Origin: an uncultured Veillonella sp.
GTDB lineage: Bacteria; Bacillota; Negativicutes; Veillonellales; Veillonellaceae
Assembly: GCA_963522415.1 (NCBI GenBank)
Contig: CAUQZV010000004.1
Location: 72 to 64,071 of the forward strand
Direction of reading: 5' to 3'
DNA length: 64,000 nt
The notes under the pieces are model-generated. The model searched no databases, was not told the origin of the DNA, and saw only the letters and a list, made by a program, of their open reading frames with translations. Position 1 is the stretch's first letter. Each line of letters opens with the position of its first letter. The position numbers and the translations under genes were made by a program. Shown piece by piece: positions 20,654 to 29,902 of this stretch.

Positions 20654-21644
20654 GTATAAGATGATTTCTAAAACAGATTTAGAGCAAGTTATACGTAATG
20701 CTTCTCATAAGTTAGGGATTCATGAAGCTATCCTTGAAAAAGACTACTGGGGGTGTTTTGCGCTTAATTATTTATTTTCAAGTTGCAAATGGAACCAAGC
20801 TTTTACATTTAAAGGTGGAACAAGTCTATCAAAATGCTTTAATCTCATTAATAGATTTTCCGAAGATATAGATCTGATACTCGATTGGAGATATATTGGT
20901 TATGGTATGAATGAACCATGGGATAATCGAAGTAATACAAAACAAGATAAATTCAATAAAGAAACAAATTTAAAAACACAAGAGTTTCTAAAGAGAGAAT
21001 TTCTACCACAGTTACAAAAAGATTTTAGTGAATTGTTGGACGATAGATTTATATTGAAAGTCGATGAAATAGATAAACAAACTATTCTGTTTGAATATCC
21101 TAAATCATTTAGATCTACTTATTTAACACAATCTGTGAGACTTGAAATAGGAGCATTAGCAGCTTGGATTCCTTCAGATGTTGTTACAATAGTTCCCGAA
21201 TTACAAAAAATATATCCTATGCTTTTTAATGGAAGCGGTATAAAGGTGCGCACGGTTTTACCAGAAAGAACATTTTGGGAAAAAGCGACTATCTTACATC
21301 ATGAGGCAAATCGTCCTAAAGAATTAGCAATGCCAAAACGATATGCTAGACATTATTATGATTTATTTTGTATGACTAACTCTATCTATAAGGATGCTGC
21401 TTTAAAAAACATAGAACTTTTACCGAAAGTAGTCGAATTTAAACAAAAGTTTTATCCTAGAGGATGGGCACACTATGAAAATGCTACTAGTAAAACAATT
21501 AAACTAATACCAGATAATGATAGAATTGAGGAAATCAGATTAGATTACAAAGAGATGCAAGAAATGTTTTTTGGGAAATATCCTGAGTTTGACGATATTA
21601 TTGCTGTGTTGAGATCCTTGGAAGATGAATTACATACATTATAG
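20646..21644 (+). CDS. AbiEii/AbiGii nucleotidyltransferase toxin
   Basis: EKDY, FKGGTSLSK, RFSEDID, ERTFWEK, RHYYD. Confidence 0.9.
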   Translation: MFEYKMISKTDLEQVIRNASHKLGIHEAILEKDYWGCFALNYLFSSCKWNQAFTFKGGTSLSKCFNLINRFSEDIDLILDWRYIGYGMNEPWDNRSNTKQDKFNKETNLKTQEFLKREFLPQLQKDFSELLDDRFILKVDEIDKQTILFEYPKSFRSTYLTQSVRLEIGALAAWIPSDVVTIVPELQKIYPMLFNGSGIKVRTVLPERTFWEKATILHHEANRPKELAMPKRYARHYYDLFCMTNSIYKDAALKNIELLPKVVEFKQKFYPRGWAHYENATSKTIKLIPDNDRIEEIRLDYKEMQEMFFGKYPEFDDIIAVLRSLEDELHTL

Positions 21645-21648
21645 ATAT

Positions 21649-21686
21649 AAGCCTTGTTGCAGTTCACATATTGCAACAGGGCTTTT
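21649..21686 (+). terminator. Intrinsic terminator
   Basis: AAGCCTTGTTGCA/TGCAACAGGGCTTTT. Confidence 0.8.
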
Positions 21687-21802
21687 GCTGTCCTTAAAAT
21701 AGGGCTCAAAATATATTCTAGAACTGTAACTATTGAGACTTTTATAATTTTCAAATTTCACTTTTCTATATACTAAGAGAGGCAAAAAATTTTAAATTTA
21801 TG

Positions 21803-21841
21803 TTGCCAATGACAAAATATGTCATTCGTGATGGATATACT
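21803..21841 (+). promoter_or_regulatory. 22-bp box copy 1 plus -10 (putative WYL-regulator site)
   Basis: TTGCCAATGACAAAATATGTCA 21803-21824 (TGACA-N5-TGTCA); TATACT 21836-21841. Confidence 0.75.
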
Positions 21842-21895
21842 GTACTCATACTTAGTGTTTTACAAGTGGTATAAGACCACGGAAAGGAAATGATT

Positions 21896-23485
21896 ATGAA
21901 TTTTTGGAAAGTGTTAATGGAATCAATTACAGCGAAGCAAAAACAACAGAATGTACGGATGGGGACACAGTGGTTTGATGTATCTCAAGACACATCAAAG
22001 GTAGTCGTAGCTATGGCACATCCTAGTCAGCTTGGAACGGAAGTTGGTGTGCAAGGAGATACTATGGCTCAAATGCAAGTATCTGTAGAAAGTCAAGAGA
22101 TGGTTCAAGCGCAGTTTGATAGTGCAGAGAATCCCCAATTATCTGCACAAACTAAGGACTTAGTGGAATCAGACTCAGATCAAAGCAACACGATTTCAGT
22201 ACTATCTGGAGCGGTGCACTGTGCAGTGGAAGCCTTTGCACGATTTGGTCGAGCAGATATGTTAGCTCAATTAGTGAAGGAACATTCAGTACATAAAGAG
22301 ATTGAATACTTAGTAGGCTCCTTAGGCGACTTCTCAGAGGCGGCCTATTTGTGTAAAGGGGATGATATGGATTTTGCCGTTCATGCCATTCGTCAAGGTA
22401 TTAAAGATTGTGAATCCATCACAGCTAATAACGAAGTGGATACAGCGTTCTTACAGTACTTACCAACCTTAAAAGAAAGCTTAGGAGATTTATTAGATGC
22501 TACTGTTCATAGTCAAGAATTACAATTAGTTATGATTCAATGGTGCTTACAATGTGGTTTATACCAACAATCGGTCACATTGAGTACAGAATGGGTGCCA
22601 ACGATATTATTCAATAAAGGCGTTTACTACACAGAACGTACGGATATGGAAATCCTATTTAAAAAAGAAATCGAATCGATGCAACGGACTTGGAAAGAGT
22701 GCTTTGTCATTACGTACCGTGATTATGCAGGGAATAAAGCAGTCAGTGTAGCTGGTGGTGATACAGTAGGAGCAGAACTATCTGTGATCCGTGATGAATT
22801 GCGCGGGGCTACTAATAAAAATCAAGTGATGAAGGCCTTTGCTAATTTCTCTTATAACAAAGAAAAAATTCTACCATTTATGCTCGATTTGTACCCAGCT
22901 TATTTACATGTACAACAAAATATACGCTCTGTTGTGGATGTCATGTATTTTCAAGCACAATACCCAGAGATTGAAGGATACTTACGTGAATACTATGAAA
23001 TCCAATGCACTAGCATTAGTTACCATAAACAATATTATCAATTCTTACAACAAAGTGCATCGGACTACGGCGCTTTCATCCGTCAATTCTTGCAAGCACC
23101 AACGGCAGATTTGGTAGAACAATTTGATTTGCATCAATCTGTTAGTTTTGAAGAGGAGGACCATGAGGAGTCCTTAGAATCCGTGGCGGTGGAAACGTTC
23201 CAAAAACAACGCATCAAGTTGATCCGTGATTGCCAAGCGATGTTAGCCTACGGCAGTGCAAAAACAGATTTACCACAATTAGAAGCGCTACAATTCTTGG
23301 TGGAATTCCATTACATTCGCCATCTTCGCAACAATATTAACCATGCAGCAGATAAAACTTTGGTCATCACTAGTGATATGGTGAAAGAAGCAGTGTCTAC
23401 CTTGGTATCGTCTTTACAAGCTGGACAGTGGCTCGGAAATGTAACAGTGGAAGAAGAATTACAAAAAAATAGAAATATTATATAA
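21896..23485 (+). CDS. Csx1/TM1812-like protein with C-terminal HEPN (RxxxxH) and no recognisable CARF domain
   Basis: AVEAFARFGRA, DFSEAAYLC, IQWCLQCGLYQQSVTLSTEWVP and LRNNINHA segments resemble the C-terminal half of TM1812/Csx1; N-terminal ~100 aa are Q/S-rich; start chosen by RBS spacing. Confidence 0.65.
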   Translation: MNFWKVLMESITAKQKQQNVRMGTQWFDVSQDTSKVVVAMAHPSQLGTEVGVQGDTMAQMQVSVESQEMVQAQFDSAENPQLSAQTKDLVESDSDQSNTISVLSGAVHCAVEAFARFGRADMLAQLVKEHSVHKEIEYLVGSLGDFSEAAYLCKGDDMDFAVHAIRQGIKDCESITANNEVDTAFLQYLPTLKESLGDLLDATVHSQELQLVMIQWCLQCGLYQQSVTLSTEWVPTILFNKGVYYTERTDMEILFKKEIESMQRTWKECFVITYRDYAGNKAVSVAGGDTVGAELSVIRDELRGATNKNQVMKAFANFSYNKEKILPFMLDLYPAYLHVQQNIRSVVDVMYFQAQYPEIEGYLREYYEIQCTSISYHKQYYQFLQQSASDYGAFIRQFLQAPTADLVEQFDLHQSVSFEEEDHEESLESVAVETFQKQRIKLIRDCQAMLAYGSAKTDLPQLEALQFLVEFHYIRHLRNNINHAADKTLVITSDMVKEAVSTLVSSLQAGQWLGNVTVEEELQKNRNII

Positions 23486-23492
23486 AAAAGTA

Positions 23493-23531
23493 TTGCCAAT
23501 GACAAAATATGTCACTTTCATATGGCATACT
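23493..23531 (+). promoter_or_regulatory. 22-bp box copy 2 plus extended -10
   Basis: Identical TTGCCAATGACAAAATATGTCA 23493-23514; TGGCATACT 23523-23531. Confidence 0.75.
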
Positions 23532-23628
23532 AATAGCATAGAGCACATAGTTCTAATACTTGGGGACATAGAAGAGAGAGAACATGTGATATCTAGTTAG
23601 AATATTGTTAATCATTTAAGGAGGATGT

Positions 23629-24549
23629 ATGGAACAAAAAGAAACAGTATTGTCTGCTGTAGAACAGGCAAAGGAGAAAATGAATGCACTGCTAGAGGAT
23701 GTGAGCCGCTTTGAAAGCCATCAATTTGATGCGGGAAATAAGGATTTACAGTACTTTTTCGGCGTAGATGTGATTGCCGCATTAGAATCCAGAGAGGATG
23801 AGCACAGCACTGCAAGTGGGGCTCGTAAAGCAGGTCTAGCATATTTTACGAAAAAAGTGTATAGCCAGCGAAAAGAAGCTGTGAAAGAGATGATTGCTAC
23901 CTATGTAGATCGGACGCTAAAACGATATAACTGGACCAATGAAGTGGAATATGTAGAGGACCCGTTCGGACAGGATGATGATACAGAAGCATATCAAGAA
24001 ATCCTACGAGAAACAAAGTTCCCTGTACGTAATTATCTTTCCTTAGAATCGGATGGTATCTACCAGCAATGTAACGAACAGATTCGTCAGATTTTACAAG
24101 AGTTGCAGGACACCATCGTGGCTACTTGCGATGATACTATTTCATTGGATAGTCAGTTTACACAATGCTTTGTGGTACCTTCCTTACAAGATGTGTTGGA
24201 TAACTTGAATGGCTTGGATACGAATGCCTATTGGGTGAACACCATCGTGCAAGACTTTGAAAAGGGGTACTATCATAAACCTGAGCGATATATCGACTAT
24301 ATTGAAGTCCACGATATGATACGCGATAAAGGATTTTTATCTCTACTTGGTTTTGATACTTGTTATATCTATGGTGATATGGGAGATGCGGTGCTTGAAC
24401 TGTCGAAGGACTTGGCACTTTCAGTGGAACTTAGCGATTTAAACCTATACGTAAAAGAACAGGTGCAGTTACTGATGAAAGAATATGTAGCAGCTGTGAA
24501 AGCCCTAGTTGATGCAAAATGTCAGTCTATTATAGAACAAGTAGCATAA
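23629..24549 (+). CDS. Hypothetical acidic, probably helical protein
   Basis: 306-aa ORF with AAGGAGG RBS; no motif recognised. Confidence 0.8.
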   Translation: MEQKETVLSAVEQAKEKMNALLEDVSRFESHQFDAGNKDLQYFFGVDVIAALESREDEHSTASGARKAGLAYFTKKVYSQRKEAVKEMIATYVDRTLKRYNWTNEVEYVEDPFGQDDDTEAYQEILRETKFPVRNYLSLESDGIYQQCNEQIRQILQELQDTIVATCDDTISLDSQFTQCFVVPSLQDVLDNLNGLDTNAYWVNTIVQDFEKGYYHKPERYIDYIEVHDMIRDKGFLSLLGFDTCYIYGDMGDAVLELSKDLALSVELSDLNLYVKEQVQLLMKEYVAAVKALVDAKCQSIIEQVA

Positions 24550-24575
24550 TGTATAGCAGGTAATACCTGAAAGAG

Positions 24576-24622
24576 AAAGCCACCATCTTGCCTATGACAT
24601 TTCATGGTGAGACGGTGGCTTT
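24576..24622. terminator. Terminator-like hairpin
   Basis: AAAGCCACCATCT/AGACGGTGGCTTT. Confidence 0.7.
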
Positions 24623-24641
24623 ATGTATACATAAAAAACTA

Positions 24642-24670
24642 TTGCCTTAGTTGAGAGAGTTTTTTATAAT
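24642..24670 (+). promoter_or_regulatory. Sigma-A promoter of the small ORF-WYL unit
   Basis: TTGCCT-17-TATAAT. Confidence 0.65.
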
Positions 24671-24725
24671 TAAAGTAATTAGTATTTCGAGAGCAAATAC
24701 TTTCATAAGAGAAAGGACAAAAGAG

Positions 24726-24884
24726 ATGAAACGATACATGGTCAAATTTCACTATCCTAATAGCACGACGGTACACACTGCCTATGAAAGTGCCCATTCC
24801 CGTAGCGAGGCAGCGAACAAGGTGAAAGCCTGTGAGGCAGGTTGTGGTCGTATTGTGAAAATTATTGCTACTGTGGAGCGATAA
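24726..24884 (+). CDS. Small basic 52-aa protein upstream of the WYL gene
   Basis: GAAAGGA RBS; MKRYMVKFHY...CEAGCG...; stop is 1 nt before the WYL ATG. Confidence 0.6.
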   Translation: MKRYMVKFHYPNSTTVHTAYESAHSRSEAANKVKACEAGCGRIVKIIATVER

Positions 24885-24885
24885 G

Positions 24886-25854
24886 ATGGGGGACAAGATA
24901 GACAAGACGCAGCGAATTTTGACGATGCAACGTCGCCTATTACAAGGGGAAGTGCTGTGCAAACCAGAACTGGCAAAAGAGTTTGGCATTAATGAACGGT
25001 CCGTACAACGAGATATAGACGATTTGCGAGCCTATTTACATGATGAAAGCACTCTCTATGGAAATGAACAGCTCATCGTCTATGATCAAAAGCGGAAAGG
25101 CTATGTCTTCAGCCATGGAGAGTCCGCTTGCTTATCCGTCAATGAACTAGTGGCCATTGCGAAGGTAATGCTAGATAGTCGTTCCCTATTACGAGATGAT
25201 ATGGGGCGTATATTGAATAAACTGTTGAAAACATTTTTACCACATGAAGAGGTAAAGCTCGTAGAAAATCTCATTCGCAATGAATTGCACCACTATGTAG
25301 AATTACGACATAAGAAAAACGTGTTGCCTCTATTGCAAGACTTATCGAGAGCCATACAAGAACAGAGATATATAACAGTATCCTACGAAAAAAGTACGAA
25401 CAAAGAAGTGGTCACACGGAAGTTATCCCCATTGGGCATCTGTTTTTCGGAGTACTATTTCTACTTAACTGCCTATATGGACCGAGAAGAACGAAGCAAA
25501 ATTCCGAAAGAATTGCAGGACTTTCCTACTATTTATCGCTTAGATCGTATCCATAGCTTGAGCGTCGAAGAGGAGCACTACCAAGTGCCATCCTATACAT
25601 CACGGTACCAAGAGGCAGAGTTTCGTAAACGAATCCAGTTTATGTACGGCGGTAGATTACAACGAGTGACCTTTACCTATGTAGGGCATGATATCGATGC
25701 CATCCTAGATCGATTGCCAACAGCCACCATTACCTGGTATGAAGAAGAAACACACACCTACCATATCCGTGCAGAAGTGTATGGAACGGGAATTTGGCGG
25801 TGGATACGGAGCCAGGGGGATGCTGTGACGGATGTTAGAGTGGAGGAGTTGTAG
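24886..25854 (+). CDS. HTH-WYL(-WCX) transcriptional regulator
   Basis: wHTH ELAKEFGINERSVQRDIDDLR; WYL core PLGICFSEYYFYL...IYRLDRI; C-terminal WIRSQG. Confidence 0.92.
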   Translation: MGDKIDKTQRILTMQRRLLQGEVLCKPELAKEFGINERSVQRDIDDLRAYLHDESTLYGNEQLIVYDQKRKGYVFSHGESACLSVNELVAIAKVMLDSRSLLRDDMGRILNKLLKTFLPHEEVKLVENLIRNELHHYVELRHKKNVLPLLQDLSRAIQEQRYITVSYEKSTNKEVVTRKLSPLGICFSEYYFYLTAYMDREERSKIPKELQDFPTIYRLDRIHSLSVEEEHYQVPSYTSRYQEAEFRKRIQFMYGGRLQRVTFTYVGHDIDAILDRLPTATITWYEEETHTYHIRAEVYGTGIWRWIRSQGDAVTDVRVEEL

Positions 25855-25931
25855 TATAGGGTTTATTCAAGAAATTAATGAAGCAATAAAGTTTGTTAAA
25901 ATCGGGAACTAATAAATTTTAAGTTGTAAGG

Positions 25932-26767
25932 GTGAATAGAAAAGTGGAAAATAGTAAATATGTTGCTTTTGAAATATTAGGGGTTAAGAAGAATGGCAAT
26001 AAGAATTCTTTTATATTTGATAAAGATGCGGAATGCATAATTACAAATGATAAATATATAAGTAAAATACAAATATCATCAGATATAAGTAAGGCTATCT
26101 TTTATATACATGACTCACTTGAGATTTTAGAAGATGATGTTTTGGAAATAGTTAATTACCTTTCTCTATATCTTGGAAAGATGATGGTTGCACTTCTAAA
26201 AAATAATGTATACTATTCTAATGTTTTACTAAAACCTTCTATTAGTATTTCAGCGTTACATATATTAGAAAATAAAGTTAGATTATCTGACTGTACTCGG
26301 ATTACTGATTGTGTGGCTCGTTGTGCTATACTTGATAATGGTAATGAAATTTAAAAAAATGGATAGAAGATGTTGAACTTTCAGACTATATTAGAAAAGA
26401 TGATAAGTATAATATTTTGTTTTTATTACTTCAGGAAAATAATATTGCTCAAAAGTATATGGCGATGTATGCGTATCTGATGTGCTTAGTAAAGGAAATA
26501 TATTCTAGTCCAAAAGAGAGACAAAAAGAAGTAATACAATATATTTCAGATAATTGTTCGAGGGTTGGAATTAATTTGAACCTAACTTCAACAACTCGCC
26601 CAGGGGCCCCCGCCGATGAGGAAGAAGACCAATTTACTGCTTTGCGCAATAAGATAGCTCATCCAGACACTATAAATGCTAATAATAATGTTAACACTAA
26701 TATAGGTGAAACCATTATAAACGAACTTGCATCAATCATTTGCTGTGCAATAGAAGATGTACCTTGA
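25932..26767 (+). pseudogene. Frameshifted HEPN-like gene (~278 aa if restored)
   Basis: Adding one T at ~26351 joins the two ORFs (GNEI-LKKWIEDVELSDYIRK...); C-terminal ALRNKIAH RxxxxH motif. Confidence 0.65.
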
Positions 26768-26776
26768 TACTCTGAC

Positions 26777-27664
26777 TTAATAAATTTTTGTGGAAAAATA
26801 AAATAGAAGGTCATCTTTTGTTACAATTAATGTACTACCAAATAACTCAAAGGAAAGGAGACCTTCTTATGAAATTTTATTTTACAACAAGTAGTAGATA
26901 ATTGTACTGATTCTTTAACTTTTTTGAAAAGTAGATATTTAATGATAAAGCAATATATAAACGAATCGAACCCTATTGTATCAGTGAAATTATTAGTCGT
27001 GCTATATCTATGAGTTATGCTAACGCAGCAGAAGGTTCTACCCCAGCTAAACTTTCACTGCAGTCCGATAGAATTTAGTGTAGCCTACCTACGTCTCTGA
27101 CTACACTGCAAACAGCACTAAAACTAAAGTCTGTTTAAAGTGTTTATATTGAAGTGGATGAAGATTATGTAAGTTTGCAAACTGGTAAGAAGATTAACAT
27201 GAAGTTGGCTACAGTGCACACGGACAAGTTAGATGTTGATTCTAACAGTATGGAGTTAGTCGAAAAATATTCTACTATGGGATTAGAAACACGAGGAGAA
27301 TTTTGGATGCAGATAGAGAGCTACTTGTCAGAAACGTATATGAGTAGCCCTAAGGTTGTATATCATTGTCGATGATGCTAAATGGATTTAACGAGACCTA
27401 GATGTGCTTCCTAAGAGTGAGTTTATTTTAGATAGATTTCATCTATTTAAAAAGTATGACAAAGATCTATGGAAAACAAAGTAGAAAAGAGGTATTTGAA
27501 AGCTCAGAAACTCTTCAATATCGAGAATTGGAATCTGGGGTGTAGAGGAGAAAAGTAACGGATGTTTGCAAGTCATTAAACATGGTGGATGCAAAATTCT
27601 TTAGTAACTAGAAACCCTCTTTTAAAGTTAGGCAACTATTTTCCAACAAAAACTTGATACCGTA
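26777..27664 (+). mobile_element. Degenerate ISLre2-family (UPF0236) IS relic
   Basis: Fragments IEVDEDYVSLQ, KLATVH, W..IESYL..TY, IVDDAKWI*, FILDRFH; imperfect ends TTTTTGTGGAAAA / TTTTCCAACAAAAA; RBS-sequestering stem AGAAGGTC/GACCTTCT. Confidence 0.7.
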
Positions 27665-27768
27665 ATTTTAAAATTTCACTCTACGCAGTGCTCTTTCTCT
27701 ATGTTATAATGTATATTACGTATCGAAAAATGCATTGTATATTATTCACGTAGAAGGGAAGACACAGC

Positions 27769-29652
27769 ATGCCACCAGAGTTAGAAGAACCGCATCAAGG
27801 GATCGGTTCAAGACAGAAAAAACGTATTATAGGAGTCAAACCAGGTCAGTTTGTGAAAGGCCTTGACGGGTTAAAGGGATTAGCCATTCTAGGCGTCACG
27901 ATTTTTCATTTATTTCCCCATGCAGCCAGTGGCGGGTTCATGGGGGTTTCCCTTTTCTTTGTATTATCGGGGTATTTATTAGCTTTCACCACCAATCAAC
28001 AATGGAAGTTGGGAAATTACAGCATTTCAAAATTCTTTCAACGTAGGGCGGAGCGGATTCTCATTCCCTTAGTGTTGATGGTGGCAGTAGTGCTAGGGCT
28101 GTGGCATTTGCTATTGCCTGACAAATTAGCGGGCATACGCCCAGAAGTGATGTCCATTTTGCTAGGCTATAATAACTGGTGGCAAATCGCACAAAATGCA
28201 GATTATTTCACTCGTTTAGTGAACACATCGCCATTCACCCATATGTGGTTCTTAGGGGTAGAAATTCAGTATATTGTCATTTGGCCCATCTTATATTGGA
28301 CCTATACAGCACTGAAAAAGCAGTGGAGTTACACCATCGGTCTAGTATGGATGTTGGTGTTGGCATTAGGCTCCTCTGTCATTATGCCACTACTATATAC
28401 AGAGGGTATGGACGTATCTCGTTTTTATTACGGTACAGACACACGGTTATTCGCCTTGCTATTGGGCGCCTTTTTAGGATTGCATCGGAGTGAACAAAAA
28501 CTATATCCGTTGGGCACTATGAAAGGAAATGTCATCAGCAGTATATTCCTATTGGTAGGTGTTATTGCCACCGTACTGGGGTACATCTATTTAGATGGAC
28601 AAAGTCCTTCTCTTTACACCTATGGTATGGTAGCATTTACTTGCCTATTTGGTTTCATGGTGTGGTTAGTAGAACGTCCTAATACACCACTTGGAAAGAT
28701 AGTAGATATACCACTCCTTGCATGGTTTGGTAAACATAGTTATGGATTATTTTTATGGCAATATCCAATGATTTATCTCTTTGAACATATGGGTATCATG
28801 GACTACTTCGCATCACCCATTGCCTACTATTTGGTTTTAGTGGCGGTTATCATCGGCCTTACTATTTGGTCTGAAGCGGTGACGAATTGGTGTGTCCGTC
28901 AAGACAGTGTCCGTGCTATTGTGGACGTCATTCGTTCCTATTATGTGAAAGTGTTATCTATCGTTGGGGCTGTTTGTATTGTCTTAGGCGTGTATGCTTT
29001 CAGTACAGCACCTGCAGAGAAGCAACAAGATGTGACAGAGTTACAAACGCGATTGGCAAAGAATGCAGAATCTCAAGCGGCAGAAAATGCGAAGGTCATC
29101 GACCTTTCTACCGTCAGTGATCCACAGGATATGGTACATATGGCAGCCATTGGTGATTCCGTTATGCTTGGTTCTGCTCACGCATTGCGACAAGATTTTG
29201 CAGGCATTCAAATTGATGCCAAAGTATCTCGCTATGTAGCGGCAGGTTTAGGAATTGCAAAACAAATGGATGCAAACCAACAACTAGGTAATGCGGTACT
29301 CATCGGTCTTGGTACCAATGGTCCTATTACAGGGTACTATGAAGATGAAACAAAAGCATTGGTGCAGTATTTAGGTTCAAATCGTCAGATTTTCTGGATT
29401 AACAATTATGCGCCAGGCATCCAGTGGATTGAAGCCAACAATGCGTACTTAACTAAGCTTGCCAAAGAACATCCGAATGTGCACATCATCGACTGGGCTA
29501 GTTTAGCTTCGAAACATCGAGATTGGCTCGGAGATGATGGCATCCATCCGAATGATACTGGTGTGAAAGAGTACTCTAAATTCATCCATGATGAAGTGAA
29601 AAAAGTATTGCTCCAACAAGGAGAAACGACTACAAAACAGAAAAAACGCTAA
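27769..29652 (+). CDS. oatA: OatA-like O-acetyltransferase (acyltransferase_3 + SGNH)
   Basis: GVSLFFVLSGYL, HMWFLGVE, YYGTDTR; GDSV, GTN, DGIH SGNH blocks. Confidence 0.85.
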   Translation: MPPELEEPHQGIGSRQKKRIIGVKPGQFVKGLDGLKGLAILGVTIFHLFPHAASGGFMGVSLFFVLSGYLLAFTTNQQWKLGNYSISKFFQRRAERILIPLVLMVAVVLGLWHLLLPDKLAGIRPEVMSILLGYNNWWQIAQNADYFTRLVNTSPFTHMWFLGVEIQYIVIWPILYWTYTALKKQWSYTIGLVWMLVLALGSSVIMPLLYTEGMDVSRFYYGTDTRLFALLLGAFLGLHRSEQKLYPLGTMKGNVISSIFLLVGVIATVLGYIYLDGQSPSLYTYGMVAFTCLFGFMVWLVERPNTPLGKIVDIPLLAWFGKHSYGLFLWQYPMIYLFEHMGIMDYFASPIAYYLVLVAVIIGLTIWSEAVTNWCVRQDSVRAIVDVIRSYYVKVLSIVGAVCIVLGVYAFSTAPAEKQQDVTELQTRLAKNAESQAAENAKVIDLSTVSDPQDMVHMAAIGDSVMLGSAHALRQDFAGIQIDAKVSRYVAAGLGIAKQMDANQQLGNAVLIGLGTNGPITGYYEDETKALVQYLGSNRQIFWINNYAPGIQWIEANNAYLTKLAKEHPNVHIIDWASLASKHRDWLGDDGIHPNDTGVKEYSKFIHDEVKKVLLQQGETTTKQKKR

Positions 29653-29697
29653 GAGCTTATCTTGAGATAAGAAGATTAGCTAGATATGCCAATACAC

Positions 29698-29745
29698 AAG
29701 GGCTGTAACGAAATGTAGATTTGACATTTTGTTACAGCCCTTTTT
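29698..29745. terminator. REP-like palindrome / terminator
   Basis: AAGGGCTGTAACGAAATGT / ACATTTTGTTACAGCCCTT. Confidence 0.8.
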
Positions 29746-29805
29746 GTTTTATTATTGATAGTTTACGCTCAATATTCTCGAAAGTTTAATATATAGCATT
29801 CCCAT

Positions 29806-29902
29806 AAAAAATAAGAGCCATATCTCTCGATACGGCTCTAGCAAAAGTACGGCTACTTTTTCTATATATATACATATTAACTTAGTCTAAACCAATTGTC
29901 AA
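29806..29902 (-). ncRNA. Candidate ~60-nt sRNA divergent from the pilus operon (span includes its promoter)
   Basis: Minus strand: TTGACA(29902-29897)-17-TAATAT(29879-29874), two hairpins, G-U-compatible terminator with U tail. Confidence 0.5.

Noticed and set aside
21803..23514. CRISPR array suggested by the repeated 22-mer and the Csx1-like gene
   Set aside because: Only two copies, 1690 bp apart, each at a promoter position; no repeat-spacer periodicity and no cas genes in the window
24639..24989. Minus-strand 116-aa and 64-aa ORFs
   Set aside because: They overlap the small ORF and the WYL start, and have no RBS or motif support
26345..26362. Programmed -1 frameshift or A7 phase variation joining the HEPN-like ORFs
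   Set aside because: In-frame codons GAA-ATT-TAA do not form a canonical slippery heptamer, and changing A-tract length leaves the stop intact
27154..27375. 73-aa ORF as an independent gene
   Set aside because: Better explained as a fragment of the decayed ISLre2 transposase
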